Shown: in pieces, positions 11,797 to 23,934 of the stretch
Position numbering within the stretch: position 1 is the first letter of the stretch
Layout of the letters: each line of letters begins with the position of its first letter
NCBI RefSeq assembly: GCF_963921235.1
Contig: NC_086097.1
Span: 251,970,001 to 252,034,000 of the forward strand
Reading direction: 5' to 3'
Length of the DNA stretch: 64,000 nucleotides
DNA from: Mobula hypostoma
Taxonomy: Eukaryota
Program-made: the position numbers and the translations under genes
The notes under the pieces: model-generated
Told to the model about the DNA's origin: nothing
Database searches by the model: none
What the model saw: the letters and a program-made list of their open reading frames with translations, nothing else

Positions 11797-13039
11797 GTAA
11801 GTTTCTTTTGTCTATTACTGAAGTTATAGTTGAATTGATATGAACATTTTCTCAAAGGATGTATAATTTTTAGACCTGTTTTTTAAATTGAAGAACTATC
11901 TACTGATGAAGATTTAGATGTGTATTGTAAAGTTAAAGTAACAGATTATCCGTGCTTTGAATATTTTTGCATAGAGTCATAGAATTGGCCCATCTATTCT
12001 TCCAGCACCTATTAAATGTTCCCAATGGCGTGCATCTCCAATAGCCATTGACAGAAACTCCAGCTCTTGCCCTTCATGTGTGGCTTAGCTACTAAGCCAG
12101 GTGGAACTGTTTCTACTGACAGGAAAAGAGACACAGGCAGGTTACTGGCGCCTTAAAGCTATTTGCTTCAGGCAGATGGGGCTCATCTGCTGAGGTTGGC
12201 AGCTCATCTCGGAGAACGAAAACTCTGATCTCAAGCCTCTGCTGCCTTGCAGCTGTACCCAGTCATGGAGAAGGCTTCGGGGGGTAAAATAGTCCAGAGC
12301 TGGAGTCCCCAACTGGTAAGTCCTGTGATGTCGCTGGTGCTAATCTGTATTGGTCTCTGCTGTCCTTTTGGGTTCATCAGCTGCGTGGAGAGGGTGAGCC
12401 TCCTGCATGGGCAACAACTCACTCTCCATATCGTATTGCCCTGGCTTGCTTATCACCAAGACAGTTGGGATGCAACATCCATGGTTGACCACAACCAACA
12501 GAGGGCTTCAAGCTAATTTACTTGTATTAGCAGTAAACATCAGCTTTTAATAGTTTATAGAATCAGCAGCTTGCACTATGGCCACATAGTGAAAACCAGG
12601 TTCGTAGTAAATTTACTATCAGAGTATGTACAGTGTTTGTTACCATATTTATTTAGAGACACAGCACAGAACCGGCCCTTCCAGCCTAACCCACAGATTT
12701 AACCCCTAGCCTAATCATGGGACAATTTACAGTGACCGCTTGTCCTACTAACTGGTATGTGTTTGGACTGTGGGAGGAAACCCATGCACACATGGGAAGG
12801 ATGTACAAACTTTCTTACAGAGGATCCCAGAACTGTAACGCTCCGAGCTGTAATAAGGTCACGCTAAGCACTACGTTACCGTGGCACCCACTATAATGCC
12901 CTAAGTTTCATTTTCTTGCGGGCATTCATAGTAGAACAAAGAAATTCAGTAGGATCTATGAAAAACTACACACAAGTAAAGACTGGCAAGCATTCTATAT
13001 GCGAAAGAAGACAAACTGTATAAATAATAATAATGTAAC

Positions 13040-13488
13040 TAATTCCTGGGATGGCAGAACTTTCATATGATGAAAGACTGGATTGACTAGGCTTATACTC
13101 TCTGGAATTTGGAAGATGGAGGGGGGATCTGATTGAAACGTATAAAATCCTAAAGAGATTGGACAGGCTAGATGCAGGAAGATTGTTCCCAATGTTGGGG
13201 AAGTCCAGAACGAGGGGTCACAGTTTGAGGATAAAGGGGAAGCCTTTTGGGACCAAGATGAGGAAAAACTTCTTCACACAGAGAGTGCTGAATCTGTGGA
13301 ATTCTCTGCCACAGGAAACAGTTGAGGCCAGTTCACTGTATATATTTAAGAGGGAGTTAGATATGGCCCATGTGGCTAAAGGGATCGGGGGTATGAATGA
13401 GTTGGATGATCAGCCATGATCATACTGAATGGCGGTGCAGACTCGAAGGACCGAATGGCCTACTCCTGCACCTATTTTCTATGTTTCT
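13040..13488 (+). mobile_element. CR1 3' fragment, close to the young CR1 subfamily
   Basis: ORF 13159-13419 'DRLDAGRLFPMLGKSRTRGHSLRIKGKPF..NFFTQRV'; TTCTATGT tail. Confidence 0.88.
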
Positions 13489-13741
13489 AACATGAGTTGT
13501 AGATTTTTTGAATTGAGTCCATAGGTTGTGGAGTCAAGGGTTGGGGTGAGTGAAGTTGTTCCCTCTGGTTCAAGAGCCTAATGGTTGTGGGTAATCACTG
13601 TTCCTGAACCTGGTGGTGTGGGACCTAAAGCTCCTGTACCACCTTCCTGATGGCAGCATGGAGAAGGGACTGGGTGGTGGGGGTCCTTGATGATAGATGC
13701 AAATGGTGGATAACAATGTTTTATGTTTTTTATACCAATAG

Positions 13742-13924
13742 CTGAAGGAGCAGGCCGGGGACTCCATTCTGGTCTTAGAGAGAGCACTACAGTTGACAAC
13801 AGATCTGTCTGTACATACAATGAGTACGCTGGACCAGATCGTTGGAGAATCCTGCCTAATAAATGGAGACACGGAAAGTTCAACAGCTGGTCTACGTATC
13901 AGTACGGATGAAATGCATTGCCAG
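13742..13924 (+). CDS. INTS8: INTS8 coding exon (~exon 6)
   Basis: aatag|CTG...CAG|gttgta. Encodes LKEQAGDSILVLERALQLTTDLSVHTMSTLDQIVGESCLINGDTESSTAGLRISTDEMHCQ. Confidence 0.93.
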
Positions 13925-14936
13925 GTTGTACTCAGCAAAAATGACACACACATTCACTAGTGATGTTCAAATATTTTATTTTATGAATGAGGTTTGTAAC
14001 AAAATAAAGTTGGTATAAAGTGCTTATCTAATTAGTTTAGGATTAAATATTCAGAGTTAGCTATGGTCATCCATAGTGTAATCACTGAGAGTGTAAATTA
14101 ACCTGATTAACAAAACAGATGTGTTTCTACTGAATGTGTGTGTGTGTGTTTCATTCTAATAAAACTTTGCTGCTGCTTTTTTCTCATTTGTATTAATATC
14201 TTTCCATAACAATGAAAACAGAACAGTTTATAGACACGAGAGATTCTGCACATGCTTGAAATCCAAAGCAACATGCACAAGATGCTGGAGGAACTGAGCA
14301 GGTTAGGCAGCATCTTTAGAAAGGAATAAAGAGTTGACCTTTCAGGCCGAGACCCTTCTAGAGGACTGGAAAGGCAAGAGGAAGACACTAGAATAAAATA
14401 GTGGGGGGAGCGGAAGGAGGGCAGCTAGAAGGTGGTGGGTGAAGTCAGGTGAGTGGGAAAGGTAAAGGGCGCGAGAGGAACAGAGCTGGAAGTCATGTGG
14501 AACAAGATGGTGGCAAAGACAATGTCCCAGGAAGGACCTGTGGCTGTAGTAGTGAGTCTGGGTGAGTCCATGGTTGAAGAGTCAGAGGGCAGCAGAGATC
14601 GTAGAGGAGGAGCAGTGAAAGAAGGTCTTGCTGAACTTCAGTCAGAGAAGATTTAAACTTGCAAGTTTGATTGTTCCCTGATTCCAGCCAGAGAATGGTG
14701 AATTTGTGGAATTCTTTGCCACAGGCAGCTGTGGAGGCCAAATCTTATGTATATTTAGGGCAGAGGTTGATAGATTATTGTTTGGTCAGGGCATGAAGGG
14801 ATATGGGTAAAAGGCCACTGGGGTTGAGAGGATCAGCTATGATGAAATGTCGGAGTAGGCTTGATGAGCCAAATGGCCTAATTCTGCTCCTATATCTAAT
14901 GGTCTTATTTAACTTTAATAAATCCTTTTTTTCACT

Positions 14937-15115
14937 AAACACAAAATACTCTGCAGATGCTGGGATCAAAGCAACACGTACAACACGCTGCAGGAACTCA
15001 GCAGGTTGGGCAGTATCTGTGGAAATGAACAGTCAGCGTTTCGGGCCGAGATATTGACTGTTCATTTCCACGGATGCTGCTCGATCTGCTAAGTTCCTCC
15101 ACCGTGTTGTGAGTG
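14937..15115. mobile_element. Hairpin of two back-to-back PLE 3' ends
   Basis: Inverted arms 14980-15035 and 15055-15110; the loop holds half of the hammerhead (reverse complement of TCTCGGCCCGAAAC). Confidence 0.8.
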
Positions 15116-15961
15116 TCCCTTTTTTCTAATTCTGCCTGTCTAGAAATTATCTCTGTATTTTGCATTTTATGGTCTATTAAGTTTCTTTGCTTTCCGTGAT
15201 TTATCTATTGATAAGCACAGATTCCCATATTCTACCTCCTCATTTCAACATTAACTTTCAAACAGTTTTTGTCTGCTTGATCTTCCTACTGAAATGTACA
15301 GCCTTCGGGTGGACTTACCTGGTTCTATAACACATTGCAAAGGGGGAATCATTACCTGGTCTGGCTGGTATGTGTCTACAAGCTTACCAGTATTGTTTAC
15401 TCCTGGTGAACAGCAATTAGGAATGAATAATCAATGCCAGTCATGCCAGTAATAAACAAATCATACTTAACTGTAGGAGCTGTGTTTTGTATTTTGTGTT
15501 GTGTGTTTATTATGGGTAATTTGTCACATTGGTTGGGGCCTGGTAGATGTGAAGAGTATAGTTACATATTCATGTTTTGCCTTTAGTTTAGTTTTAGTCT
15601 GACTGGAGCAGCGAGTAGGCCAGGGAATGATTTCTTTCTTTTAAGATCATTTAGTCTCGTTTAACCTAACATTTAAATATGCTAAGATCACTAACGTTTA
15701 AGTATGTTTGAATATGCTTTGACTGATTATTTCATTATATCGTTAGTTTTACTTCCATTAGTTTTTTATCGTTACAAGACAGTTCATCTTTGCTGTTTTC
15801 TTACTAAAGGAGCAAACGTACTTTCTTTGACTTAGAACTTCGTTTTTTTGGAACACATCATACAATGTCAGCACCCCCCACCCCAACCCCCAGCAGATTT
15901 TGGTTTGTTTTAAAGTAACCACTGCACTTGTGATCCTGACTTCCCATCATCTGCACTGTAT

Positions 15962-16420
15962 GAGAATCAGAATCAGATTTATTATCACTGGCATGTGACG
16001 TGAAATGTGTTAACTTAGCAGCAGCCGTTCACTGCAATACATAATACAGAAGAAAAAAAAGATCTTATTCAGTATACTTTATACAGTATATGTATATTGA
16101 ATAGATTAAAAATCGTGCAAAAATACAGAAATACTATATATTAAAAAAAGTGAAGTAGGGTCCAAAGGTTCAAAGTCCATTGAGGAATCGGATGGCAAAG
16201 TGGAAGAAGCTGTTCCTTAATCGCTGAGTGTATGCCTTCAGGCCTCTGTACCTCCTTCCTGATGGTAACAGTGAGGAAAGGGCATGCCCTGGGTGCTGAA
16301 GGTCCTTTCTGAGACACTGCTCCTTGAAGGTGTCCTGGGTACTTTGTAGGCTGGTACCCAAGATGGAGCTGACTAGATTTACAAACCTCTGCAGCTTCTT
16401 TTGGTCCTGTGCAGTAGCCC
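15962..16420 (-). mobile_element. Rex1/Babar-type LINE 3' fragment
   Basis: ORF 16170-16439 'QDQKKLQRFVN...HPGHALSSLLPSGRRYR..RLRNSFF'; (CTGATT)n tail. Confidence 0.75.
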
Positions 16421-16478
16421 CCCCCCCCGCCCCCCACACCAGGTGAGTTGAACACCTTCAGCTTTACAGTCACATATT

Positions 16479-16522
<44 letters not shown>
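16479..16522. repeat. (CA)n microsatellite
   Basis: Direct reading of the sequence. Confidence 0.95.
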
Positions 16523-16527
<5 letters not shown>

Positions 16528-17505
16528 CGTCACATCCTCCATAAGCATCCGATTGAAATTTAACTGAATTTTTCTTAAACTAAATTCATTTATTTTTCCA
16601 TTTAAAGTTCCTGTGCAAATGGCTGAACTTAGTACATTTGGTGGAAAGTTTTCCAAACATAACTTTTTTGATGTATGCTTAAATAGAGAATTGTCATTTT
16701 ATCACAGGGGATTTAGTTTTCTAATTAAGTAAGTACAAACAAACGAGCTGCAACTGTCAAGTTGCATTTTGCAATCCAATATATTTTCAAACAGACAGCC
16801 CATAAAGCAAACTTCTTTTCTCATAAACAGAGATGCTGGAAATGGAGAACAACACACACAAACGTCGAGTGTTGAAAGGCCCAATAGAGTGGATATGGGG
16901 AGGACATTCAGAGGCAGCTGTGGAGGCCAAGTCATTGAGTGTATCTATAAGGCAGACGTTGATATATTCTTGGTGGTCAGGGCATAAAGGGATATGATAG
17001 AAAACAGGAGATTGGTGCTGAGAGGGAATTGGATCAGCCATGATGAAACGGTGGAGCAGACTCGATGTGCCAAATGGCCTAATTCTGCTCCTATACTGGT
17101 CTTATGGAAAAAACAACACTTCATTCCTCTCTATAGATGCTGCCTGACCTGCTGAATGCCTCCAGCAATTTTATGTGTGTTATTTCTCTTGTCACTGTTA
17201 CTTCTGTGGTCATTATGAATCTTCTGCTCAAATTATTACTTTACCATTTAGGACTTGAACTTTCCAAGTCTTCTGAGCAGAGCAAGAGTATTTATTTTGG
17301 AGATGTGGTGATCTGTTGATTGATAATAGATTTAGCTGCAGTAGCGTTTTGGAAAATGCGGCATGTGTAGACTGGATTCTATTTAATAAAATGCAAAATT
17401 CCTTTTTTTTTGTAATTCTGGGATATTCGTGCTAATGTCAGTAAATTAAAAGTGCAGGATACATTGCAAGGTGCTTACATTTTCAACCAACTTGTTTAAT
17501 CGCAG

Positions 17506-17613
17506 GTTTGCTATGATCTGGGTACAGTATTCTTCAGTCAAGGCTCTTCAAACCCACCTGTCTATGAAAAAGCCAAGGAACATTTCTTCAAAACAAGTGA
17601 ACTGCTCTCAAAG
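17506..17613 (+). CDS. INTS8: INTS8 coding exon (~exon 7)
   Basis: cgcag|GTT...AAG|gtact. Encodes VCYDLGTVFFSQGSSNPPVYEKAKEHFFKTSELLSK. Confidence 0.93.
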
Positions 17614-17796
17614 GTACTTTGTAAAACAAAGCTCAGTTCGTATTGCCAGTAAATTGTTTCTGTGTATGAGTGATGACGAGGAGAGGTTGGCAGATTGTGG
17701 ACAAACTTCCTCTCTACATTAGAAGAACAAAATGCTTCTATTCCAGTATTACGCTTGCACTCTGTTGGTGTACAAAGTTCAAATAAATGTATTGGG

Positions 17797-18060
17797 TGTC
17801 ATGTAGCGTAGCGATTAGTGCAACGCAATTACAGCTCGGGGCGTCAGGGTAAGGAGTCTGTACATCCTCCCCATGGAATGTGTAGGTTTCCAGGTGCTCC
17901 GGTTTCCTCCCACAGTCCAAAGGTGTACTGGTTAGTAAGTTAATTGTTCATTGCAAATTGTCTTATGATTAGGCTAAGGTTAAATCAGGGGTTGCAGGTG
18001 GGTGCAGCTCAAAGGGCCAGAAAGGTTTATTCCACACTGTATCTCCAAAATAAATAAGTA
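17797..18060 (+). mobile_element. tRNA-derived V-SINE (HE1-like)
   Basis: V-domain-like GGTTTCCAGGTGCTCCGGTTTCCTCCCACAGTCCAAAG and (TAAA)n tail; relatives at 1-105 (-), 12650-12890 (-), 18470-18740, 25425-25640, 38985-39255 (-), 54410-54640 (-). Confidence 0.75.
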
Positions 18061-18776
18061 AAATTTACTATCAAAGTACATAATTGTCACCTTATACTAT
18101 CCTGAGATTCATTTTCTTGTGAATATTCACAGTAAATACAAGAAACACAATAGAATTAATGAAAACTACACACGAAGATGGACAAATTACCAATATGCAA
18201 AAGAAAATAAGCTGTACGAATACAAAAACAGTGCAAATAATAAATAATACTGAGAACACAAGTTGTTGGAATCGGTTCAGTGTTGAGGTGACGTTCATTT
18301 ATCTGTATCTACAAGAACTCTCTTCTCATACTCCACGGAAATGAATCTGAACTATGCCCCTAGTAGGTAGAAAAGAATGAGGCAGCAAGTTATCTCACAG
18401 GAAGATTTTAAATGAGCAGAAGGAAGCTTTGGAGTTGAACTAACTAAAGTGAAAATTGCAATTGGATCCTTAGCGTAGTGGTTAGCACGACGTTGTTACT
18501 GTGTTCCACAGTTCAGAGTTCAGTTCCAATGTTACCTGTAAGGTGTCTGTACATCCTCCCCAAGGAATGCGTGTGTTTTCCTTGGGTGCTTTGATCCTCC
18601 CCTCGTCCAAAGACGTACCAGTTAGTAGGATAATGTCTGGTGGTTAGGTTAGGGTTAATCAGGTATGTCGGGGAATGCTGGGGTAGCATTACTCATACGA
18701 CTGGGAAGGGCCTATCCTGCACTGCATCACTAAATAAATTTTTTTTAAATGTGTGTTATCATTCTGTTTGTGTCAG

Positions 18777-18932
18777 ATCGGAGCTGAGCCTGTTCACTGT
18801 CGGATTGACCAGAAAAGATTGGATGGTTACTGCCAAGCTTGTGCAGTGCTGACAGTCCCGTCGGATGTAAGTGAGCTGCAGCTGACAACGTATGGCCGGG
18901 TTCATCATTGCATCAAATCCAGTAACTATCAG
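18777..18932 (+). CDS. INTS8: INTS8 coding exon (~exon 8)
   Basis: gtcag|ATC...CAG|gtaca. Encodes IGAEPVHCRIDQKRLDGYCQACAVLTVPSDVSELQLTTYGRVHHCIKSSNYQ. Confidence 0.93.
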
Positions 18933-19549
18933 GTACAATTGATGCTGTAAAATAATACAATTTTATGTGATATACATACAAAATGCTGGAGGAATTCAGC
19001 AGGTTAAGCAACACCTATGGAAAAGAGTGAACAATCTTCTTCATCAGGACTGGAAAGGAAGGGGGAAGAAGTCTTTACCAGTCCCAGTTAAGGGTATCAG
19101 CCCAAATCATCTACTGTTTAGTCTCCTCTCTAGGTGCTACCTGACCTGCTGAGTTCGTCCAGCATTTTGTGTGTGTTCCTCTAGATTTCCAGCATCTACA
19201 GAATCTCTTGCGTTTATTGAGAGAAGAGATTCTTGAGAGACTGAAAATTTTGAGCAACACACAAAAAGCATGAGGAGCTCGGTAGGTCAGGCAACAGCTA
19301 AGGAGAGAAAGGACATCCACTGTTTCTGACTCGGGAGGAGTCTCACCCCAGAATGTTGACTATTCATTTCCTTCCATAGATGCTGCCTGACATGCTGTTC
19401 CTCTGTGTATCACTTAGTATAATTTTATATAACCTAAATATGATTTTCCTTTTATAAATGCATACCAAATCTTTAAACAGATATGCTCAAATTATATAAA
19501 AAATGCTGGTGAATGCAGCAGGCCAGGCAGCATCTCTAGGAAGAGGTAC

Positions 19550-19585
19550 AGTCGACGTTTCGGGCCGAGACCCTTCGTCAGGACT
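19550..19585 (-). ncRNA. Minimal type I hammerhead ribozyme, intact core
   Basis: - strand reads AGUC CUGACGA A GGG ucucgg CCC GAAA C GUC GACU: stem I AGUC/GACU, CUGANGA box, stem II GGG/CCC, GAAA box, palindromic ACGU in place of stem III. Predicted cleavage after GUC, between 19554 and 19553. Confidence 0.85.
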
Positions 19586-20860
19586 AACTGAAGGAAGAGT
19601 TAGTAAGAGATTTGAAAGTTGGAGGGGGAGGGGGAGATCTGAAATGATAGGAGAAGACAGGAGGGGGAGGGATGGAGCCATGAGCTGGACAGGTGATTGG
19701 CAAAAGGGATATGAGAGGATCATGGGACAGGAGGCCCAGGGAGAAAGAAAGGGGGGGGGAAGCCCAGAGGATGGGCAAGGGGTATAGTCAGAGGGACAGA
19801 GGGAGAAAAAGGGGAGAGAGAAAAAAATAAATAAATAAATATTGGATGGGGTACGAAGGGGAAGGTGGGGCATTAACGGAAGTTAGAGAAGTCAATGTTC
19901 ATGCCATCGGGTTGGAGGCTACCCAGACTGAATATAAGGTGTTGTTCCTCCAACCTGAGTGTTGCTTCATCTTGACAGTAGAGGAGGCCGTGGATAGACA
20001 TATCAGAATGGGAATGGGACGTGGAATTAAAATGTGTGGCCACTGGGAGATCCTGCTTTCTCTGGTGGACAGAGCGTGGGTTTCAGCGAAACGGTCTCCT
20101 AGCCTGCACCGGACGCAGTATATCACACCAGACAACTCACAGGTGAAGTGTCGCCTCACCTGGAAGGACTGTCTGGGGCCCTGAAAGGTGGTGAGGGAGG
20201 AAGTGTGTAAGGGTATGTGTAGCACTTGTTCCACTTGCAAGGATAAGTGCCAGGAGGGAGATCGGTGGGGAGGGATGGGGGGGGACGAATGGACAAGGGA
20301 GTCGCATAGGGAGCGATCCCTGCGGAAAGCAGAAGCGGGGGGGAGGGAAAGATGTGCTTAGTGGTGGGATCCCGTTGGTGGTGGCGGAAGTTACGGAGAA
20401 TTATATGTGTTAATTCCACGTCCCATTCCCATTCTGATATGTCTATCCACAGCCTCCTCTACTGTCAAGATGAAGCCACACTCAGGTTGGAGGAACAACA
20501 CCTTATATTCCATCTGGGTAACCTCCAACCTGCTGGCATGATCATTGACTTCTCTAACTTCTGTTAATGCCCCACCTCCCCTTTGTACCCCATCCGTTAT
20601 TTATTTATTATCATTAATTTTTTCTCTCTCTCTCCTTTTTCTCCCTCTGTCCCTCTCACTATTCTCCTTGCCCATCCTCTGGGCTGCCCCCCTCCCCCCT
20701 TCTTTCTCCCTAGGCCTCCTGTCCCATGATCCTCTCATATCCCTTTTGCCAATCAAATTTCCAGCTCTTGGCTCCATCCCTCCCCCTCCTGTCTTCTATC
20801 ATTTTGCTTCTTCCCCTCCCCCTTCCACTTTCAAATCTCTTACTATATTTTCTTTCAGTT

Positions 20861-20896
20861 AGTCCTGACAAAAGGTCTCGGCTCGAAACGTCGACT
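20861..20896 (+). ncRNA. Degenerate hammerhead motif (G8>A)
   Basis: AGTC CTGACAA AAGG tctcgg CTC GAAA CGTC GACT, in the inverted arm of the same PLE insertion. Confidence 0.7.
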
Positions 20897-21080
20897 GTAC
20901 CTCTTCCTATAGATGCTGCCTGGCCTGCTGCGTTCACCAGCATTTTTTATGTGTGTTGCTTGAAATTCCAGCATCTGCAAATTTCCTCGTGTTTGTATGC
21001 TCAAATTATGTTGTGAAGTTAGTACAGTGGATTTCAGTTAATTGGACACATCGGGATCAGTGCATTTTAGCTTAATTAAG

Positions 21081-22423
21081 TCCCCTTGGAACCCATGCCT
21101 CCTTACTTTCTCAATAAGCCTTGCATGGGGTACCTTATCAAATGCCTTGCTAAAATCCATATACACTGCATCTACAGCTCTACCTTCATCAATGTGTTTA
21201 GTCACATCCTCAAAAAATTCAATCAGGCTCATTAGGCACGATCTGCCTTTGACAAAGCTTTGCTGCCTATTCCTAATCATATTATGCCTCTCCAACTGTT
21301 CATAAATCCTGCCTGTCAGGATCTTCTCCATCAACTTACCAACCACTGAAGTAAGACTCACTGGCCTATAATTTCCTGGGCTATCCCTACTCCCTTCCTT
21401 GAATAAGGGAACAACATCCACAACCCTCCAATCCTCTGGAACCTCTCCCGTCCTCATTGATGATGTAAAAATTCATTGTCAGAGGCTCAGCAATCTCCTT
21501 CCTCGCTTTCCACAGTAGCCTGGGGTACATCCCATCCGGTCCTGGTGACTTATCCAACTTGATGCTTTCCAAGAGCTGCAGCACATCCTCTTTCTTAATA
21601 TCTACATTCTCAAGCTTTTCAGTCCACTGCAAGTCATCCCTACAATCACCAAGATCCTTTTCCGTAGTGAATATTGAAGCTAAGTACTCATTAAGTACCT
21701 CCACTATTTTCTCTGGTTCCATACACACTTTTCCATTGTCACACTTGATTGGGCCTATTCTCTTGCGTCTTATCCTCTTGCTCTTCACATACTTGTGGAA
21801 TGCCTTGGGGTTTTCCTTAATCCTGTCCACCAAGGCCTTCTCATGGCCCCTTCTGGCTCTCCTAATTTCATTCCTAAGCTCCTTCCTGCTGGCCTTATAA
21901 TCTTCTAGATTCACATCATTAGCTAGTTTTTTGAACCTTTCGTAAGCTCTTCTTTTCTTCTTGACTAGATTTACAACAGCCTTTGTACACCACAGATCTT
22001 GTACCTCACCATCCTTTCCATGTCTCATTGGAACGTACCTACTCAGAATCCCTCGCAAGTATCCCCTGAATATTTGCCACATATCTTCCGTACGTTTCCC
22101 TGAGAACATCTGTTTCCAATTTATGCTTCCAAGTTCCTGCCTGATAGCCTCATATTTCCCCTTACTCCAATTAAACGTTTCCCTAACTTGTCTGTTCCCA
22201 TCCCTCTCCAATCCTATGGTAAAGGAGATAGAATTGTGATCACTATCTCCAAAATGCTCTCCCACTGAGAGACCTGACATATGACCAGGTTCATTTCCCA
22301 ATTCCAGATCAAGTACAGCCTCTCCTCTTGTAGGCTTATCTACATATTGTGTCAAGAAACCTTCCTGAACACACCTAACAAACTCCACCCCATCTAAACC
22401 CCTCACTCTAGGGAGATGCCAAT
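21081..22423 (-). mobile_element. CR1 ORF2 internal fragment (end of endonuclease, linker, RT N-terminus)
   Basis: ORFs 21387-22406 and 21038-21457 ('GDSDHN', 'KSPGPDG', 'NYRPVSLTS', 'YMDFSKAFDKVPH'); one frameshift. Confidence 0.93.
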
Positions 22424-23934
22424 CATCATGGCCCTGGCCACTTCAAGGGAGATATTGATGTTAACCATTTCACACTTTCAATCCCCAATGTTTGAAAAGC
22501 AGATTAGCAGAGAAAAGCTTTGCTTTATCTTAATATGTTCAGCTTCAAGTTTATTGCCATCTGACTGTACAGATATACAACCAAATGAAACAATATTCCT
22601 CCGCTCCACAAAACATATCACACACAAATAAAAATATTACCATATACAAGTTAAAACAATTCCTCTTAGATTCCAATACTCCAATTCCTCCGGAGATAAA
22701 CCACTTCATTCTGCTGAAAATGTCCGATTCCTGTCAGCCAGAGAAAGTTGCCTAGGGCCAGAAGGTGTTTGTGAGGTACATTGGTGTTTACCTCAGGAAA
22801 GGACATGGAGGAGAGTAAGGTCAGGGAGGAGAGGGCTGGTATCCTGAGGCATGTTGTTATTAAGAGGTGGTGGTGTTGGGGCTTCTGAAGAACATTGAGA
22901 TAGATAAGTCTTAAGGCCTAATAGGAGCTCACATTATTGCAAGATGCAAGAGGAGATTATTTAGGACTTTGACAGGGAACCTTGAACTTTAAGAGGAACA
23001 TGAGGAGGAACTTCTTCACTCAGGCTGGTGAGAGTGTGGAGAGAGCTGCCACACTAGTGGTGGATGTGGGTTTGAATTTAAAATTTAGAAGCAATTTGGA
23101 TAGATACAGGGATGGGAGGGGTAAAGAGGGCTATGGAACAGGTGTATGTCGATGGTATGAGGCAGATAACTGTTTGGCCGTAGGGCCTGTTTCTGTGCAG
23201 CAACAAATGCTTGTCCATGTTAGCTCATCTCGGGACAGAGAATGACTGTGTTTGGTTCTCTGTAGTCTGGGTAGTAGTTAGAGCAATTACCTCTCAAACA
23301 TTCTGCTAGCCCCAAATCATCCTGCTTCCTCCCAAAGGTACAGAATTGATAAGTGGTGCTCATTCAGATAGACTGTGCTATTTCAACCATTGACAGGCCA
23401 TACAAGTAAAGTAATAGAAAATAAGGAAATACAGTAGAATTTATGAAAAACTATACATCCAATGTGTAAAAGAAGACAAATTGTGCAACTTCAAATAAAT
23501 AAATAAATACTGAGAACATGAGCTGTAGAATTATTGAATTAGCAAGTCCATAGGCTGTGGAATCAGTTCAGTGTTGGTGAGTGAAGTTATCCATGTTGGT
23601 TCAGGAGCCTGATGGTTGAGGAGTTGTGCACTTCATGCAGTCCTGGGTAGGTCTGTAGTCTAGTGTAGTTTTGTGTTGTTTACGTAGTTCAGTGTAGTTT
23701 TTGTATTGTTCATGTAGCGCCATGGCCCTGAAAACCGTTGTCTCATTTTTGCTGTGTACTATACCAGCAGTTATGGTCGAAATGACAATAAAAAGTGACT
23801 TGACTTGAGTAATAACCAATGTTCCCTTTAATTTACTTTGCAGCTGGGCAGACCAATCATTGCTCTGAGCAGGAAATCTTTACACAGACTGAAAACTGTG
23901 CGACCCTTTAAATGTTTTGTTTTGCAGTATGCAT

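Larger units (their letters stand above)
19496..20995. mobile_element. Penelope-like element insertion: - strand GIY-YIG/pLTR copy (19496-~20408) fused to an inverted + strand copy (~20410-20995)
   Basis: 14-bp TSD TATGCTCAAATTAT at 19482-19495 and 20996-21009. Peptides 'PGTYPCKWNKCYT', 'FQVRRHFTCELSGVIYCVRC..RLGDRFAE' and 'RLEEQHLIFHLGNLQPAGMIIDF' match the PLE zinc-linker/GIY-YIG endonuclease region. Confidence 0.9.

Noticed and set aside
15312..15323. ACTTACCTGG as a U1 snRNA 5' end
   Set aside because: The downstream sequence does not resemble U1 stem-loops or an Sm site.
21387..22406. 339-aa ORF as an independent gene
   Set aside because: It is an internal CR1 ORF2 fragment, frameshifted into the next RT ORF and lacking both termini.
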